From NCBI RefSeq assembly GCF_016432865.1, contig NC_067399.1:569594001-569658000 (forward strand): a DNA stretch of 64,000 nt, read 5' to 3'. This stretch comes from Antechinus flavipes. Lineage: Eukaryota. A model generated the notes under the pieces. The model was not told the origin of the DNA. It ran no database searches and saw nothing but the letters and a program-made list of their open reading frames with translations. Of the stretch, positions 1 through 12,600 are shown in pieces; position 1 is the first letter of the stretch; each line of letters begins with the position of its first letter. Both the position numbers and the translations under genes were made by a program.

Positions 1-470
1 ACAGGAGAATTGTATATCACTGCCAAACCTGCCAAGCCACAGGGACTAGTAGTGGCTTTTCTACATGCTCTCTTGGGACACTAGAGGGCTGGCGTAAGGC
101 TGCTGTCATCACTATATTAAGGGAGGAGATAGAATCACACTCCATTTTTTGATGGAGTTCATGTTGAACATCAAAGACTAGACTGTCTTCCCTTCCTAAC
201 AATCTAAAAGAACCACTGTGTCCCCATCCTTCTTCGTCCTCTGACCCTTTTGGACTTCCTCCTATTTTCCATAAATGACTAACCTCCCCAAGCTTAATAA
301 TTATCTGGCCCTTTGTGCTGTTTCTACCCAAAGGAACAATGACACTGCCCAGTCCAGGGGCCAAGAATCTATGTGGGTTTTGTATCTTTTTTTTTTTTTT
401 TTTTATAAAATGCACTTTACTTTTTTTTTTTTAATAAAAATCTGAAACTGAATTTTAACTTATTGCAGTA
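1..470 (+). other. Probable 3' UTR end of the upstream gene (SEMA4B inferred from synteny only)
   Basis: No recognisable coding sequence; long T tracts; AATAAA at 433-438. SEMA4B precedes CIB1 convergently in human/mouse (recalled), but no SEMA4B coding sequence is visible here. Confidence 0.35.
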
Positions 471-747
471 TGCCTTTCCCTCTCACACTGAATGCTGTTA
501 TTAAAAACTGGTTCTGCCTTGGGCAGACAAAAGTCCAATTATCTTTGTCATCCTTATGTTGGGCCTGCCTCTATAGTGTGAATGAGTTTCTTCTATTTAT
601 TTATTTTTTTAAATAAATAATTTTACTATTTATTTTTGTTAAGTAAATATTCAGATGAGAAAGGGGTGTTAGGAACTCAAACAGTTGGTCTGCTCTATAA
701 CTAAACTACAAGAATGAGGCTAGATGGAGATGACCAGCAGTTTGAAC

Positions 748-875
748 TTTTTATTTTTAGGAGGCAGCTGGGGTTAAATGTCTTATCCAGAGTCAAAAAG
801 CTAGTAAGTGTCTGAGGCCATATTTTAACCTGGGGCCTTCTGACTCCAAAGCTGGTGTGGTGCTCTATCTATAGC
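748..875 (-). mobile_element. Marsupial CORE-SINE fragment (WSINE1/MAR1-like)
   Basis: GGGGTTAAATG...AGCTAGTAAGTGTCTGAGGCC...CTGACTCCAAAGC...GCTCTATC resembles the antisense marsupial SINE motif repeated elsewhere in the window. Confidence 0.6.
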
Positions 876-1125
876 TGACTAGAGTGTTGTGCTGAGTACT
901 GAACAATTCTCCCTTTTCTTAAGAAAGCACAGAGCAAGAAATTCATTTTGTATCATCCATATTCCTGTTTTATAGAAATATCTCTGCCTTAGCTCTACTG
1001 TAATTCAGAAATTCTCCACTAGTCTCTGCTTCTCACCTAGTTACTAATCTTAAAAAAGATTTCTCTGCCTCAAGCTTTGTCCAATGTATCCACACTAAAA
1101 CACGCCTGAGCAAAACTTCCAAACA

Positions 1126-1131
1126 TTTATT
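1126..1131 (-). terminator. CIB1 polyadenylation signal
   Basis: TTTATT on + (AATAAA on -), about 190 nt after the CIB1 stop. Confidence 0.6.
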
Positions 1132-1319
1132 ATTGATCAGTATAAACATGAACAGTGTTGTCACAATGGCAGTGAGGAGAGGAGAGTCCAGGAGGCTGGA
1201 CTCCTCAGTACAGACCCCCGGGCTAGCTCAAGCATGGCGACCTCACTGCAGGTGAGGTCAGTGCATAGAAGAGAATTTCTCAAAGACAGTTTGGTACAGC
1301 TAGACACTGCAAGTCCTCA

Positions 1320-3985
1320 TCACAGGACAATCTTAAAGGAGCTGGAAAAGACAAAGATGTATGAGTTATTGATCCACTGTCAAACAAGCATGGTGAACAG
1401 AGGATAGGCAATGATACCTAGATGGAGTAAGCTTGGAGAGAGGTCAGAAAATATGTTCCCTAAAATCTGTCTAGAATTGGCTCAATCCTTGAGGACGATA
1501 GGACTGACTTGGGTCACCCGTAAGCTGAAGACCTTTTCTCCATTCTCTTGCCCTCCTAGCAAGATGCTATCGGTACCTAAATTGCTAGGTGGCTCTAGTC
1601 ATACCTGGTGAAGTCAGGTGAACGGGAAATGACATGCTGGAACTCTGAGAGGTTGATGGTACCATCCCTGTCAATGTCAGACTCTTCTAAGATCTGTCCA
1701 GGGAAAGAAGAGAGAAGTTCAGTTAAATAGCCCAATGCCTTGCCTTCCCCTTCCCTGTTCACATTGTCCATGCTCACATTCTCAATGAGCTGCTTCATCT
1801 CGGAGCTGGTAAGTTGAGTATCCTGCCCATCCCCAGTAAGGCAGTTTACTAGGCACTTCAGATCCTCTTTATTCAAGGTCCCATCATCATCAAAGTCTAG
1901 TAAGGAAAGACAACAAACAAAAAATTATCCCTGATGAAAAGACCACAATGCTCCCCATACTCCATATGGGGACTGTATATGTAATCCTTACCAAAGATGC
2001 GGAAGGCATAGTGGGACTTAATTTCAGGGGTAGCTGCATCGCTAAAGACACTGAAGAGGTCCAAGAAGTCTTCAAAGCTCAAGCTGTCTCTTTCTGGTGC
2101 TGTGGAGAATACACGGCAAATACGTTCCCTGAAGGGGTTGGCCTAGAGCAAGAGAGACTTGTAAGCAAAGGATATTGAGTTTCTGATAGAGAATCAACTC
2201 CTAAACTTTGATTACACATGTACTATCTCCAAAGTCCTGTACTGGGAACTACAGAGCACTGACCAGTTCTAAAAGAACTGGAATAAAGATTTCTCGTCCC
2301 CATAGATCCCAAAACAAGTGGCTAAAATTAATTACTGAATGAAGCATGGTGGGAAAGGTACTACCTTGAGCTCCGGAAGTGTTAAGATCTGCTCATTGGA
2401 TACTCGGACTCTCAGAGAATCTTCCACATTCCGAGACTCAGGAGGAAGCAGTTCAATAAACCTTCTGTGGGCCCTGGGAAACAAAACCAGAATGCCTTCA
2501 TTCACTCAGCAAATATTAATTCAATCCACCAACCAGTTATGTTCAGATTTATACTTTTTATTAAATTCACAGCTCAGTGGGGAACTTTCCTCTAGTGGCC
2601 TACTGTTTAGTCAGGAAAGAGAGGATCAAAAAGCACAAGACAACAATATAGGAGAGATGTCACAAAGCATTATATGGCTGGGGTCAAATGAGTGGTAGAG
2701 ACAGGAAGTAACAAGCTCTCAAAGGATGAAAGAGATTACAGTAAACTGGGAAGTCATCAAAGAAGCCTGGGAAATAGGTGGAACCTGAGGGGGCCCTGGA
2801 GAGATGGATGGAGAGTGGTAGCAACCAGTCAGTCAACAAATATTTATTAAGTTCCTGCTGGGTGCCAGGCATTGGGCTAAATAATAACACTGAGCACACA
2901 CACAAAGGAGTTCATGGCCGAAGAGCCTGTCCCCATGTCACTGCCTGCACCAAGACCCCTTCAGTCTCTGCCTGGTGCCCTCAGACTTAACCTGGATTCT
3001 ACTCATGGAAGACTTTCCCAGATGCCCAGTCCCACGAGGGGCCTCCCAGCCCGTCTAGCACGTCTGCCCCTGCCAAGAAGGGTTCAGGAATCCCACTCCG
3101 GAGAGTGCTCTGAAAAGGGCAAGGCCTTGCTCTCTGCAGGAGCACGGACAAGTCACAGCAGGGGGCACAGCCCCTTTCCGCGGGGGCAACTGCCTTGGCC
3201 AGCCTGGGCAGCACGCGGGGCACCAGCGTCTGTCAGACGGTCCCAGACTCGGCCAGGGCCGAGCAAGGCGGACGGAAACGGAAGGAAGCTAAAGTCCGCA
3301 GCGGTGGGGAGGCGCCCAAACTCTGGCGTCCAGCCGAGAGTCCTGTGTGACCTCGGACTAGCCACCTCGCTCTCCAGGACAACACGGCCTCGGGCTCCAA
3401 GGTTTCTTTCCGTCCTAACACTCAGCGGGACCTCAGAGATGGTCTAGTCCAACCCCTTAATTTTCGGGGAGGAGACTGAGGCTCAGGGGTAGGGAAGGGA
3501 CTTGCCTAAGGTCACACAGTCACTCAGTGGCAAAGCCAGGATAGAAAACCCAAATCTTCTGGCCAAGTCCAGCTGCCTCCTGAGTAGGGTGGAGGCTGGA
3601 CGGGTACTTACAGGAGAATCTCCTGCTTCGTCAGGAACGTTAATTCCTGGAAGGAAAACAAAGGAAGATCATCAGACTGCGATCGGCACTGGCAGGACAA
3701 GCGCCCCCCTCCCCCTTATTCCCCAGCAACTCGGGGCGCCTTGCACTTGGAGTCTTTCCGGGCCTGCCCTCCCTAAAGAACGGAGGGGGGCAGGTTGTGC
3801 ACGAGGCAGGCCAAAGATCGTCGCCCCCAAAACTCCGCCCACGGTTTCGGGGCCCAACGCAGCCCAGACAGTCCAGGGCCAGCACCACCCCAGCCAAGTC
3901 TAAGCCACACAGAGGTGTTTTGTTCCCACCGAACCTGGTATTCTGTCAGCAGCTCCTTGGAGAGTTGACTGGCCGAGCTGCCCAT
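1320..3985 (-). CDS. CIB1: Calcium and integrin-binding protein 1, 7 coding exons, 191 aa
   Basis: Exons (minus): 3935-3985, 3612-3646, 2365-2473, 1992-2142, 1778-1896, 1605-1693, 1320-1341; all GT-AG and in phase, 576 nt. Translation [29 protein letters not shown]...[13 protein letters not shown]...[33 protein letters not shown]; N-myristoylation MG start and EF-hand loops. Confidence 0.97.
3438..3563 (-). mobile_element. MIR/MIR3-like SINE core in CIB1 intron
   Basis: GAGACTGAGGCTCAG...GACTTGCCTAAGGTCACACAG CORE-SINE motif. Confidence 0.55.
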
Positions 3986-5900
3986 GGCCTTGCTACCCCC
4001 GCCGGGTCTGAGGGAGCCACTCTACCAACTCCGAGGCCGGACAGCAACAACTTTCCCACTCACTTCCGCCTTTCGTGTCACCAACCGGGCCGCCCGCCCA
4101 GTCCCCGCGGCAACCGAGGGGCGACTCCGACCCCACCTTCCGTATTTGCCTACAGGCTCCGCCTCTCTCGTTCTTAAAGGGCCCGAACTCCAGTTCTCAA
4201 TTGCCTGGGTGAATGAATCCAGGTAGAGGTTTCCAAAATCAGGCGTGTGACGTGGTTAGGGCGGGGGAGGAGGAAAGAGGGAAAGAAGAAGAGGAGGCGG
4301 TGTACAGAGAATGCCAGAATGCTGGGACCTGTGGCAGCTGCACTTTAGAAGAAGACATTTCTTTAGCCCCACGCCTAGAAAAGAGGCGGCGGGGTGTAGT
4401 GGAAAAAAAATGCGGAGTTTGGACAAACAAGTCCCTTGGGGCTCAAGTTTCCTCGCTAATTTGTAGTGGGCCTAAACAGGACTTAATTTCCCACAATTCA
4501 TAGGGACAAGAGACCTTCGCTCATTGGAAGTCTCTGGACTACATATCCCAGAGGACTGTGCGTGATCTCCGGTAAAGGTCTTTGATTAATGGAATTTGAA
4601 TCGTAAAGCGGGAAGTTTAAAACTACCACAGCCTTTCAAGAAGGACCCATGGTTAAAGGGAGGAGCCGGGTTTGCTGCTCTTCCCCAGTCCCAGACCACC
4701 GGAAACAGCTTGAATTGATATGGTTAGTCCGCTTCTGAAGTCGCTGGTCTGACTTTATCGCCCCGCCTCCCTCCCCCTCACGCAATATAAACTCCAGTGG
4801 CTCCATTCACCTCCAAGAGCAAATACAAAATGTTTTGATTGGCGTTCAAAACCCTTTTTAACCTAGCCCCGCCCTACCTTTCCAGTCTTCTTACTCTTAT
4901 TATCCCGGACATGTACTCTTCGATTCAGCAACACTGTTCTTTGCTCTAGCACGAGCAAGACACTCCATATTTCTTGGCTCCGAGTGCTTTTTCTCTGGCT
5001 GTAACCCATGCTTGGAACGCTGTTACATCATGTCGGGCAGTAATGTTGTCGATATGTACATTTTGGAAATCCGTATTGAGGACTAGTAATAGTGTCTGAA
5101 ATGAGGGTTTGAGCCAAGAGCTGAATAGTCGATTGTCCCTAAAACAGAACATCATTTCAGGAGGATCGAAACTACAAAATGAAGTTACTGAACAAGATGA
5201 TCTCTGAGCTGACAGCTCTTGAGAGGAGTAGGGACCCGGGACAGGGATGTCTCTTCTTCTAGAAGCTAGAGGGGGTGGGGTAGAAATGCTAGACTCCGCC
5301 CATTAGCTCCTTGAGAAGGGAGGGTGAATTCTACCTCACAGTTGCTCCTACCCTTTAAGAGAGGCGCATGCGCACTCTTGACCCCCGAAGGCTCAGGAAG
5401 TCAGTTTCCTCTTCCCAGATCTTGGAAAAGGCACCAATATCCACCTAGGATAGACTGGTGGGAAGAGCTAAGGTGAGGAGAGGAGGGAAGCGAGGGAAGA
5501 AAGACGGTGCACTCACTCTCTGGAGGAAAGCATAATGGGACGGGAGAAAAATGTAGTCAACATTTATTGGGAAGCATCTGTGCTGGGAAGATTGGAAGTT
5601 GTAGAGCCCCAGTTGTTACCCCAGGGGAGCCCCGAGAAGGGTGGATGCAGAAAGTTTTCATTCGGTACTCTTCACCCCTATTTCTCCGATCTCCCAACTC
5701 CCTCCCCCCGCCTTTTTTTCTGATATCTTTAACGAAACCTATCAATTATTTCCCATGTTAGTGGAAAAAGCACTGAGTTACCAAAAAAAAGGGGCGGGTA
5801 GGAACTTCCTGATCTCAAGCCGAGACGTTCTATCCACTCCCGGGTTTCCTCTCCGCTTCCACTTTGTGACTGTGACTTATACTATGTAGCCGCTGAGATG
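3900..5900. promoter_or_regulatory. CpG-rich bidirectional promoter region CIB1/GDPGP1
   Basis: Head-to-head genes; high CpG; ACTACATATCCCAG (ZNF143/THAP11-type motif) at 4538-4551; GCGCATGCGC (NRF1) at 5364-5373; several GC boxes. Confidence 0.7.
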
Positions 5901-6830
5901 CAGAATCCTCCTGGATAAAGCGGGGACACCTGTCTTATCTACCTATTTACAAACTGGGGTTATTAGGAAGGTCAAATAATTATTTAAATGTATGTATTCC
6001 TTAAAAGCTATAATGCAACATTCACATTATAAATAATGTGAATGTTCATTTCTGTTTTATATCTCCTATTATACAATAAAACTACACTCTTTGAAGGGCA
6101 AAGAACATCTCTTAATTCCTCATCTTATCTTCCAATATTCTACATATCGGAGTGGGTCAGTAGATATTTAATGAATTAATTTAATTATTTGGTAGCCAAC
6201 TGTGGTTCTGTCCTCTCCACTGCTTTCCCAAGTCTCAAGGCTCATTGCTAACTTGCTTAGGAAGAATACTTAATTTCCAAAGTGTAACCAGCTGTTTTGT
6301 CCTAATGAGAAGAGATAGCTAGGAAACATAAATGTAAATTTTAACTTGAGGTACTTTTGCCTCCACTCCCCCCTTTTTTTGTTGTTTCTGGACTCATTTA
6401 GATGGTGGTGAAGCTGGAAATGAGAATTTCAGCTGGGTTGGTATAGTGGCAGATGGAAAATGTTATGAAACAGGTTTTATAATCCCTATCGATTTTCCTT
6501 ATGAAGTTATCAGTTTTCCTATGCATAGGTTTGGCCTTGTTGTATACATACTAAGAAACTATATCATTACACATATCATGGGGCATCTTTATATGTACAA
6601 ACACAACAGCAGAAAACTTTTTACAAAAATAGATTTAAAACATTACTTTTCTAGAACTTTAAGTTATTTTTCAAAGTGATCTAAAAAACCAAAAATCCAG
6701 TGGCCAAAAAAAATTGTTAAAACCCTTAGAAATGTGATACACTCTGTGTTCCTTTACCCCTTCTTATTGTGTTCCAGATCACCTGGAGGAACCCATATCT
6801 GGTAGAACTTGGGATTTGTGCCCTTTTCAG

Positions 6831-7994
6831 ATGGCTATACCACAGAATATAAATGAAACTTCAGATTTATTACCCCAGAGCAATGGCTGTGAACAACAGT
6901 CAAGACATCCTATTGGGCTGGGAATATTGGATTTTGTGTATTGCCAGGAAGAACTGATAGTGAAAGGGATACAATGGCAAATTAGTGAATCGGGTATCTT
7001 GTGTCCCCCTTTGCTGTCTCGTTTTGATTGTACCCTCCAGTCATCTTGGAAGCAACGGATGGAACAAGGATTTTTTCGTTACTGCCTTGGGGAGCTGCAA
7101 ACCCAGATCCTACCTGGCCCTCTGGGTTTTGTGGCTCAGCTGAATGTGGAGCGGGGTGTACAGAGAAGACGCCCTCAGAACATCCAGAGTGTGAGACAGG
7201 CATTTGACCCTCAGCAGTTCAATTTCAGTAAGATCAAACCAGGAGAAATCCTCTTCCGCTTACGCAGAGATCCAGGCTTTCCGATGGCTCTCCAGTGCAC
7301 TGAAGTCCTGGTAATTATCAATGTCAGTCCTTTGGAATGGGGACATGTGCTGTTTGTGCCAGAGCTCACCCAGGGGCTACCACAAATCCTCCTGCCAGAC
7401 CCATTACAGTTTGGAATAGAGGCTGTTATGCTTAGTACTCATCCTGGCTTCCGGGTGGGCTTCAACAGCCTAGGTGGCTTGGCTTCTGTGAACCACTTAC
7501 ATCTGCATGGTTACTATCTGGCCCACAAACTGCCAGTAGAGACAGCTTCAAGCCAGCCACTAGATCCAAATGGTTATATCTATCTACTAGAAGGACTCCC
7601 AGCCCCTGGTTTTCTATTTTATGTGGATGAGCCAGGACCAAAGTTGAAGGCACTGGTGGATAGGGTCTGCCAGGTCACCAACTATCTCACTGACCAGGAG
7701 ATTGCACATAATTTATTTGTGACACGGGGGGCCCCGCCTGGAAACCCACCATCCTCATTGGCCTACGTTGGTGTCCGGGTCATCCTCTGGGCCCGGAAGT
7801 CCAGCTTTGGAGTTAAGGAAGGGGAGGCTTTCAATGTAGCACTCTGTGAGCTGGCAGGACATTTGCCAGTTAAAACATCCCAGGATTTTCACAGCTTGAC
7901 AGAAGCTTCAGCTCTGAATCTCATTCAGCAGTCTCTCCTGCCTCCATCTCAGTTTTTACAACTTCAGGAAGCACTGGTGTCCCTCATGGCATAA
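6831..7994 (+). CDS. GDPGP1: GDP-D-glucose phosphorylase 1, single coding exon, 387 aa
   Basis: ATG at 6831 inside ORF 6816-7994; [15 protein letters not shown]...[15 protein letters not shown]...[12 protein letters not shown]...[20 protein letters not shown] (HIT-like HLHLH motif)...[15 protein letters not shown]. Candidate acceptors end at 6777 and 6830. Confidence 0.96.
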   Translation: MAIPQNINETSDLLPQSNGCEQQSRHPIGLGILDFVYCQEELIVKGIQWQISESGILCPPLLSRFDCTLQSSWKQRMEQGFFRYCLGELQTQILPGPLGFVAQLNVERGVQRRRPQNIQSVRQAFDPQQFNFSKIKPGEILFRLRRDPGFPMALQCTEVLVIINVSPLEWGHVLFVPELTQGLPQILLPDPLQFGIEAVMLSTHPGFRVGFNSLGGLASVNHLHLHGYYLAHKLPVETASSQPLDPNGYIYLLEGLPAPGFLFYVDEPGPKLKALVDRVCQVTNYLTDQEIAHNLFVTRGAPPGNPPSSLAYVGVRVILWARKSSFGVKEGEAFNVALCELAGHLPVKTSQDFHSLTEASALNLIQQSLLPPSQFLQLQEALVSLMA

Positions 7995-8473
7995 CATAGT
8001 AGGTTCTTTCCCTGGGTGATATTTATCTCTTAATGTATCTTATTCCTCCTTAGTGTTCAAAAAACCTTCAGTAATCCCTATTGTTTTTGGGCATATAAAA
8101 ACTCTTAGAGGTCTGGCATTTGCTTCCAACCTACTTTTCTATACTTATTTCATATTAATTCCCTACACATCTTCTCCATGTCAGCCAAACTGGACTGCTA
8201 GTCAGCTAGTGCTGAGCTCAGTGTTCCCCAATCTTACAGTTCCACATATCCCTCAATGCTTGGAATGCTCTCCCTGTTCATTACTCACAATCTTTGCTTT
8301 TCCGCAGTTTTAAAGTACTGTTTCTCCTATGAATCCTTTACAGATCTATTCCCAATCCAAAGTTTTGTGTTCTCTCCTTATTATCTTGTACTTTTATTTG
8401 TGTACATGAATGTAAGTTCCATGAAGACAGAAATTAGCCTTTATTATAGTATCCTACATACATAGACGGATTT

Positions 8474-8479
8474 AATAAA
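8474..8479 (+). terminator. Probable GDPGP1 polyadenylation signal
   Basis: First canonical AATAAA after the GDPGP1 stop, followed by a T-rich tract. Confidence 0.5.
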
Positions 8480-8679
8480 TGTTTTTTGAATTATGTTATA
8501 TCAATATGTATACACATGTGTATCTGTATATACATACACACATGTGCTCACATGCATACTTAAGTGAACTCACTGGGGGGGGGGGTGCGGAGGAGAATCT
8601 GTCCAAGATACCCTCACAGCAGTTTGCATATCTGCTTTCCAATCGATTTTTTAAAAGTCGGGAAGCCATAATTTAAATA

Positions 8680-9450
8680 ATTGGCCCGTTATTAAAGATG
8701 CTGGCCCGGCTCCTGTAATTGGCCACTTGCAGCCCAAAGTCGCCGGGCCGGGGCACCAGGGCCCCACGGAGCTATGCAACGAGCCATCCCAGGACTTCGG
8801 CGAAGTTCTGGAGTTTGGCTCCCTAGAAACTACATGTTCTAGCGTGCATTGTAGGCAGTTCGGAAAGACCATCAGGTTCTCGAGGCAGCCGCGGTAGTCT
8901 TCTTTATTGTTGCGAGTCCTCTGAAGTCGGGGTCTCGTTCTATTCAGCCTAAGATGGCCGCGGCGAAGGCCGAGGTGGGTGTGGCTGTGGAGAAGAGGCC
9001 CCGCCCCTCCAGAATGCTTCTCCAAGGCGTGTCCATGGCGACAGCAGCAGCGGTGGCGGCGGCGGCGGCGGCGCTGCGAGCCTGTGGAGGCGCCGCCGCC
9101 GCCGGGGTCTCAGTGCTAGGTGAGAGCCCCGGGGAGGGAAGCGGGCTCCTCTCCGGAGCCACCGGAGGTGGTCCCCTATAGCCCAGGAGACGGACAAATC
9201 GAGCTCTGGGCCAGGGGAGGGGATGAGTCTTCCGCCGGGCCGCTCCTAGGCACTAGAGGGCGCAGCTGCCGCCCTCCCCCCTCAATCCCCGACTGAGCCT
9301 CTGGTGATTAGCATCCTTTCACCCCTACCTATTAAAAGTTCTCCTGCCCCTTTGGTCGCCCGCCCAGCAGCAGTCCCTGCACTGCCCAGGTCAGCCGCGG
9401 GGAGGCGCTCCCTTACCTCTACATCCCAGCACCTTTGGTCCCTGGTCGCC
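8680..9450. promoter_or_regulatory. CpG island / TTLL13 promoter and first exon
   Basis: Very GC/CpG-rich; AAGATGGCCG (YY1-like) at 8951-8960; splice donor AG|GTGAGA at 9119/9120; GGC repeat at about 9055-9073. Confidence 0.65.
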
Positions 9451-9477
9451 CAGTTGAGAGTGGGCGCAGGCAATGGT

Positions 9478-9517
9478 CCCAACCTCAAGTCTGCAAGCCC
9501 AACCTCAAGTCTGCAAG
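9478..9517. repeat. Perfect 20-bp tandem duplication
   Basis: CCCAACCTCAAGTCTGCAAG twice (9478-9497, 9498-9517). Confidence 0.9.
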
Positions 9518-9675
9518 CAGGTGTCACTAAACTGTCCACCTGAAGCTATGCTCTGTGTGTGTGCGTGTAGAGAAAGCAAGCGATGGTACTAGCTGGACAC
9601 AAGCGTCAGAGTCAGGGCAAGTCTTATTAACCCCTTACCCCTGGGTATTTTGCCTCTGCTGCAGAATCTACAAGT

Positions 9676-12600
9676 ATGGAGAATGCTATCTGCAAAACCA
9701 GTGAATCAGAGGATGACTATGGCGAGGAAGAGGAATCAGAGGAGGAAAATGTTAAAAGGGTCACAGGCCCCTCTACTGCTCTGCAGCAGGACAGCACAGA
9801 GGCAGGTGGGAATGCGGCCCCCATTTCGGTTGTCAAAAAGTTTCAGAAGAAAACGGCAGCCCCTTCTGAACCAGAGGACCTAGAAGTTGGGAGGAAAAAG
9901 AGACGGCGGAAAAGAAGGTGGTAATAGTTTCCTGCATCCTCTACCTACTGTCTAGGCTTCTGGGGATCCTTCTGCTAAGGCCACTGGAAACCAGATGTTT
10001 ATCCTTTATCTCTCTAGTGAAGAAACAGGGAAGACCTTAACTTCACAGACTTTTTTTGGTCTTTTCTCTTTCAGAAGAATTGCTTGGATGTTACAACACA
10101 ATAAACATTAAGTTGCCTTATATGTGCCCAACACTGCCAAATACTGAAGTAGATTTGTGAATAGTCTAGTATTTAAGTTGAGCTGTAAAAGATGGATAGA
10201 GATTCAAAAGACAAAAGAAGTGGGCGAGGGAAGGAAGTATTTCTAGGTATTGCAGATGGTTTACAAAGGCAATAAAGTCATATGAGAGTAGCTTAGTTTG
10301 TCTAGAACAGAAGATAGTAAAATGATATAAAGCAAGAATTTTTAAAATGCTCTGATTAAAGAGAACTTTAAATGCAGATACCGAGTCCCTTTTTCTTTCA
10401 ATTCAATTAAAATGCTTGCTGAATCGTCATCTTATTTGCTAGGTAATGGAGAACCACACTAAGGATTTTTAAGTAAATGTCTAATGGAAACAGGTGGGAA
10501 AAACCAGACAGGGTAGTGACGTTGGTGACATGTAACAGATGATGTGATGGTGGAATTAACAGATTTATGTAACTAATTTATTATGACAACTGGTCAAATC
10601 TGAATTTTCCTTCATTAGGACTCTTGGAATGCTGGTCTTTCTCCTGTGAGTTCCATAGCGGCATAAGAAAATTTGGTTAGCTCTTCAGGTGTTCTATTTG
10701 GGGACCCAAGATCTGCCTACCCAATTAGAGTTCAGTTTTCCCTTCTATCCTATTTTTAAATTTCATTTGATTTCATATCTCCCTCTGTTGCAGACTCTTG
10801 ACTATCAACCTGACCAACTGCAAGTATGAAAGTGGTAAGAACTTTTTTGTTGTTCAGTTGAGTTTGACTTTTTATAACTTCATTTGGCGTTTTCTTGGCA
10901 AACATAGTAGTTTTTGCCATTTCCTTCTCTAGCTCATTTTACAGATGAGAAAACTGAAGCAAACTGGGTTAAGTGACTTGTCCAGGATCACACAATTAGT
11001 AAAAGTCTGAGGCCAGATTTGAACTTGGGTCTTTTGGGATCCAGGCTCATGGCTCTATCTACTGCACAATCCTAGAAGCTTTCATTTTTATCTTTCTCTA
11101 AAACATGTTTTTTCCAGTGTACACATTGCTACTGTAAATACTCATAGTCTCCAAAAAGTAGGGTCTGTTAGCTGTAAGCTTCCTTCTATGGGCCGTTAAA
11201 CCTCAGGAGAAAGATTGCTGCTAAGTTATACTATATGACGTCAGTATTGGCTTATAACCTTAATATTTGAGTATGCTTCAGCTTTCAAGATCCATTCAAT
11301 TATTTCAAATTATTAACTAAATTATTCAACTAAGCACAAAATACCGTGCAAGAGGAAAGAAAGGCACACAAGTAATTATGTTATAGAATGTAAAATCATA
11401 AAGGAAATACAAAAAAGGATGAAGTTGATAGGAGGGGGAAAGGTTGCTGAAAACAAGAAAAAGACATTATGGATATGGCATTTTAGTTGAGCTTTAATAA
11501 ATGTATAGAATTATACCAAACACAGATGGCTGGGGGTAGGGTGGTCAGAAACATTGTTTTTAGGATGTAGTTGAGATATAGGCAAGTTTTCAAGTAGAAG
11601 GGAATAATTCAATGAGACTGGAAGGATAAGATCAAGACATAAGGCAGTGTAGTATAAAAGAATGTTGGATAAAAGTCAAAAGCCAAGTTCAAATCCTGGT
11701 TCTTCCACTCAGGCCTTTGGAAGCCTTAGGGAAGTTGCTTAATCATTTACTTTTTTCTTCCCTATTGCCACGCGAGAGGTACCTTGGCAGTACTAATAGA
11801 TCCCTCCCCTGAGCTTTCTGGAGACAGGATTTGGGAACCATGCTTTTGTACCTTTGGGATAGCTCTGGAGAATCATATCCTACTTTATTGGCTGGGGTTA
11901 CCCAGAGTTGACTAACAGTCAGATCTTGGAAGAAGTGTTCTGATATAATAGTAGACATAGGAATATCACATTAAACAACAGTGTTGAATCTGCTCCTCAC
12001 CCATATCAAACATTCTTATTCTTCACCATACTGAGATTTAGGCAATGGCCATAGTCTTTTCTTTCTGTTCCACATGGTATGTACCTTGAAAGTCAATGTC
12101 AGGATTTTTCTGTCTTTTTAGTTCGACGAGCTGCTCAACTCTGTGGCCTGAAGGAGGTGGGGGAGGACGAGGAATGGACAGTGTACTGGACTGACTGTTC
12201 TGTCTCATTGGAGCGTGTTATGGACATGAAGAGATTTCAAGTATTAACTTCTTGGGAGGAAGCACTAAGTGAAGGGGGCTGTACCAATAGAATCATCTAC
12301 TCCCATCATTGTATTAGGATAACCAAAAATACAGTTTTTTTCCCTTTGTTCAGTACCACAAAGATGAAAGTTTCTGGAAAGACCACTAGCAGAAACTTCT
12401 TAGGAAAGAATTGGGGCTTTATCTAACATAATAAGGCTTCAGGGGGGGAGACTTAGAAACAAAAAGAGAGGACAGAGAAAGAGAGAAAGTGTTTTAAGTA
12501 CTTACTATGTACCAGGCTCTAGGAGCTATAAGATCAGTAAAGTACTTTGTGAACTTTAAAATGCTATGTAAAGTCTAGCTATTGTTTTTATTATTACCTT

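Noticed and set aside
2684-4503. Many overlapping 60-180 aa ORFs in CIB1 introns and promoter
   Set aside because: Stop-poor GC-rich sequence; Pro/Arg/Gly-rich translations with no family signature.
4946-5155. 69-aa minus-strand ATG ORF upstream of CIB1, with an acceptor-like TTCTGTTTTAG
   Set aside because: No recognisable homology in any frame; the length is within chance. It could be a non-coding upstream exon, but this cannot be supported without transcript data.
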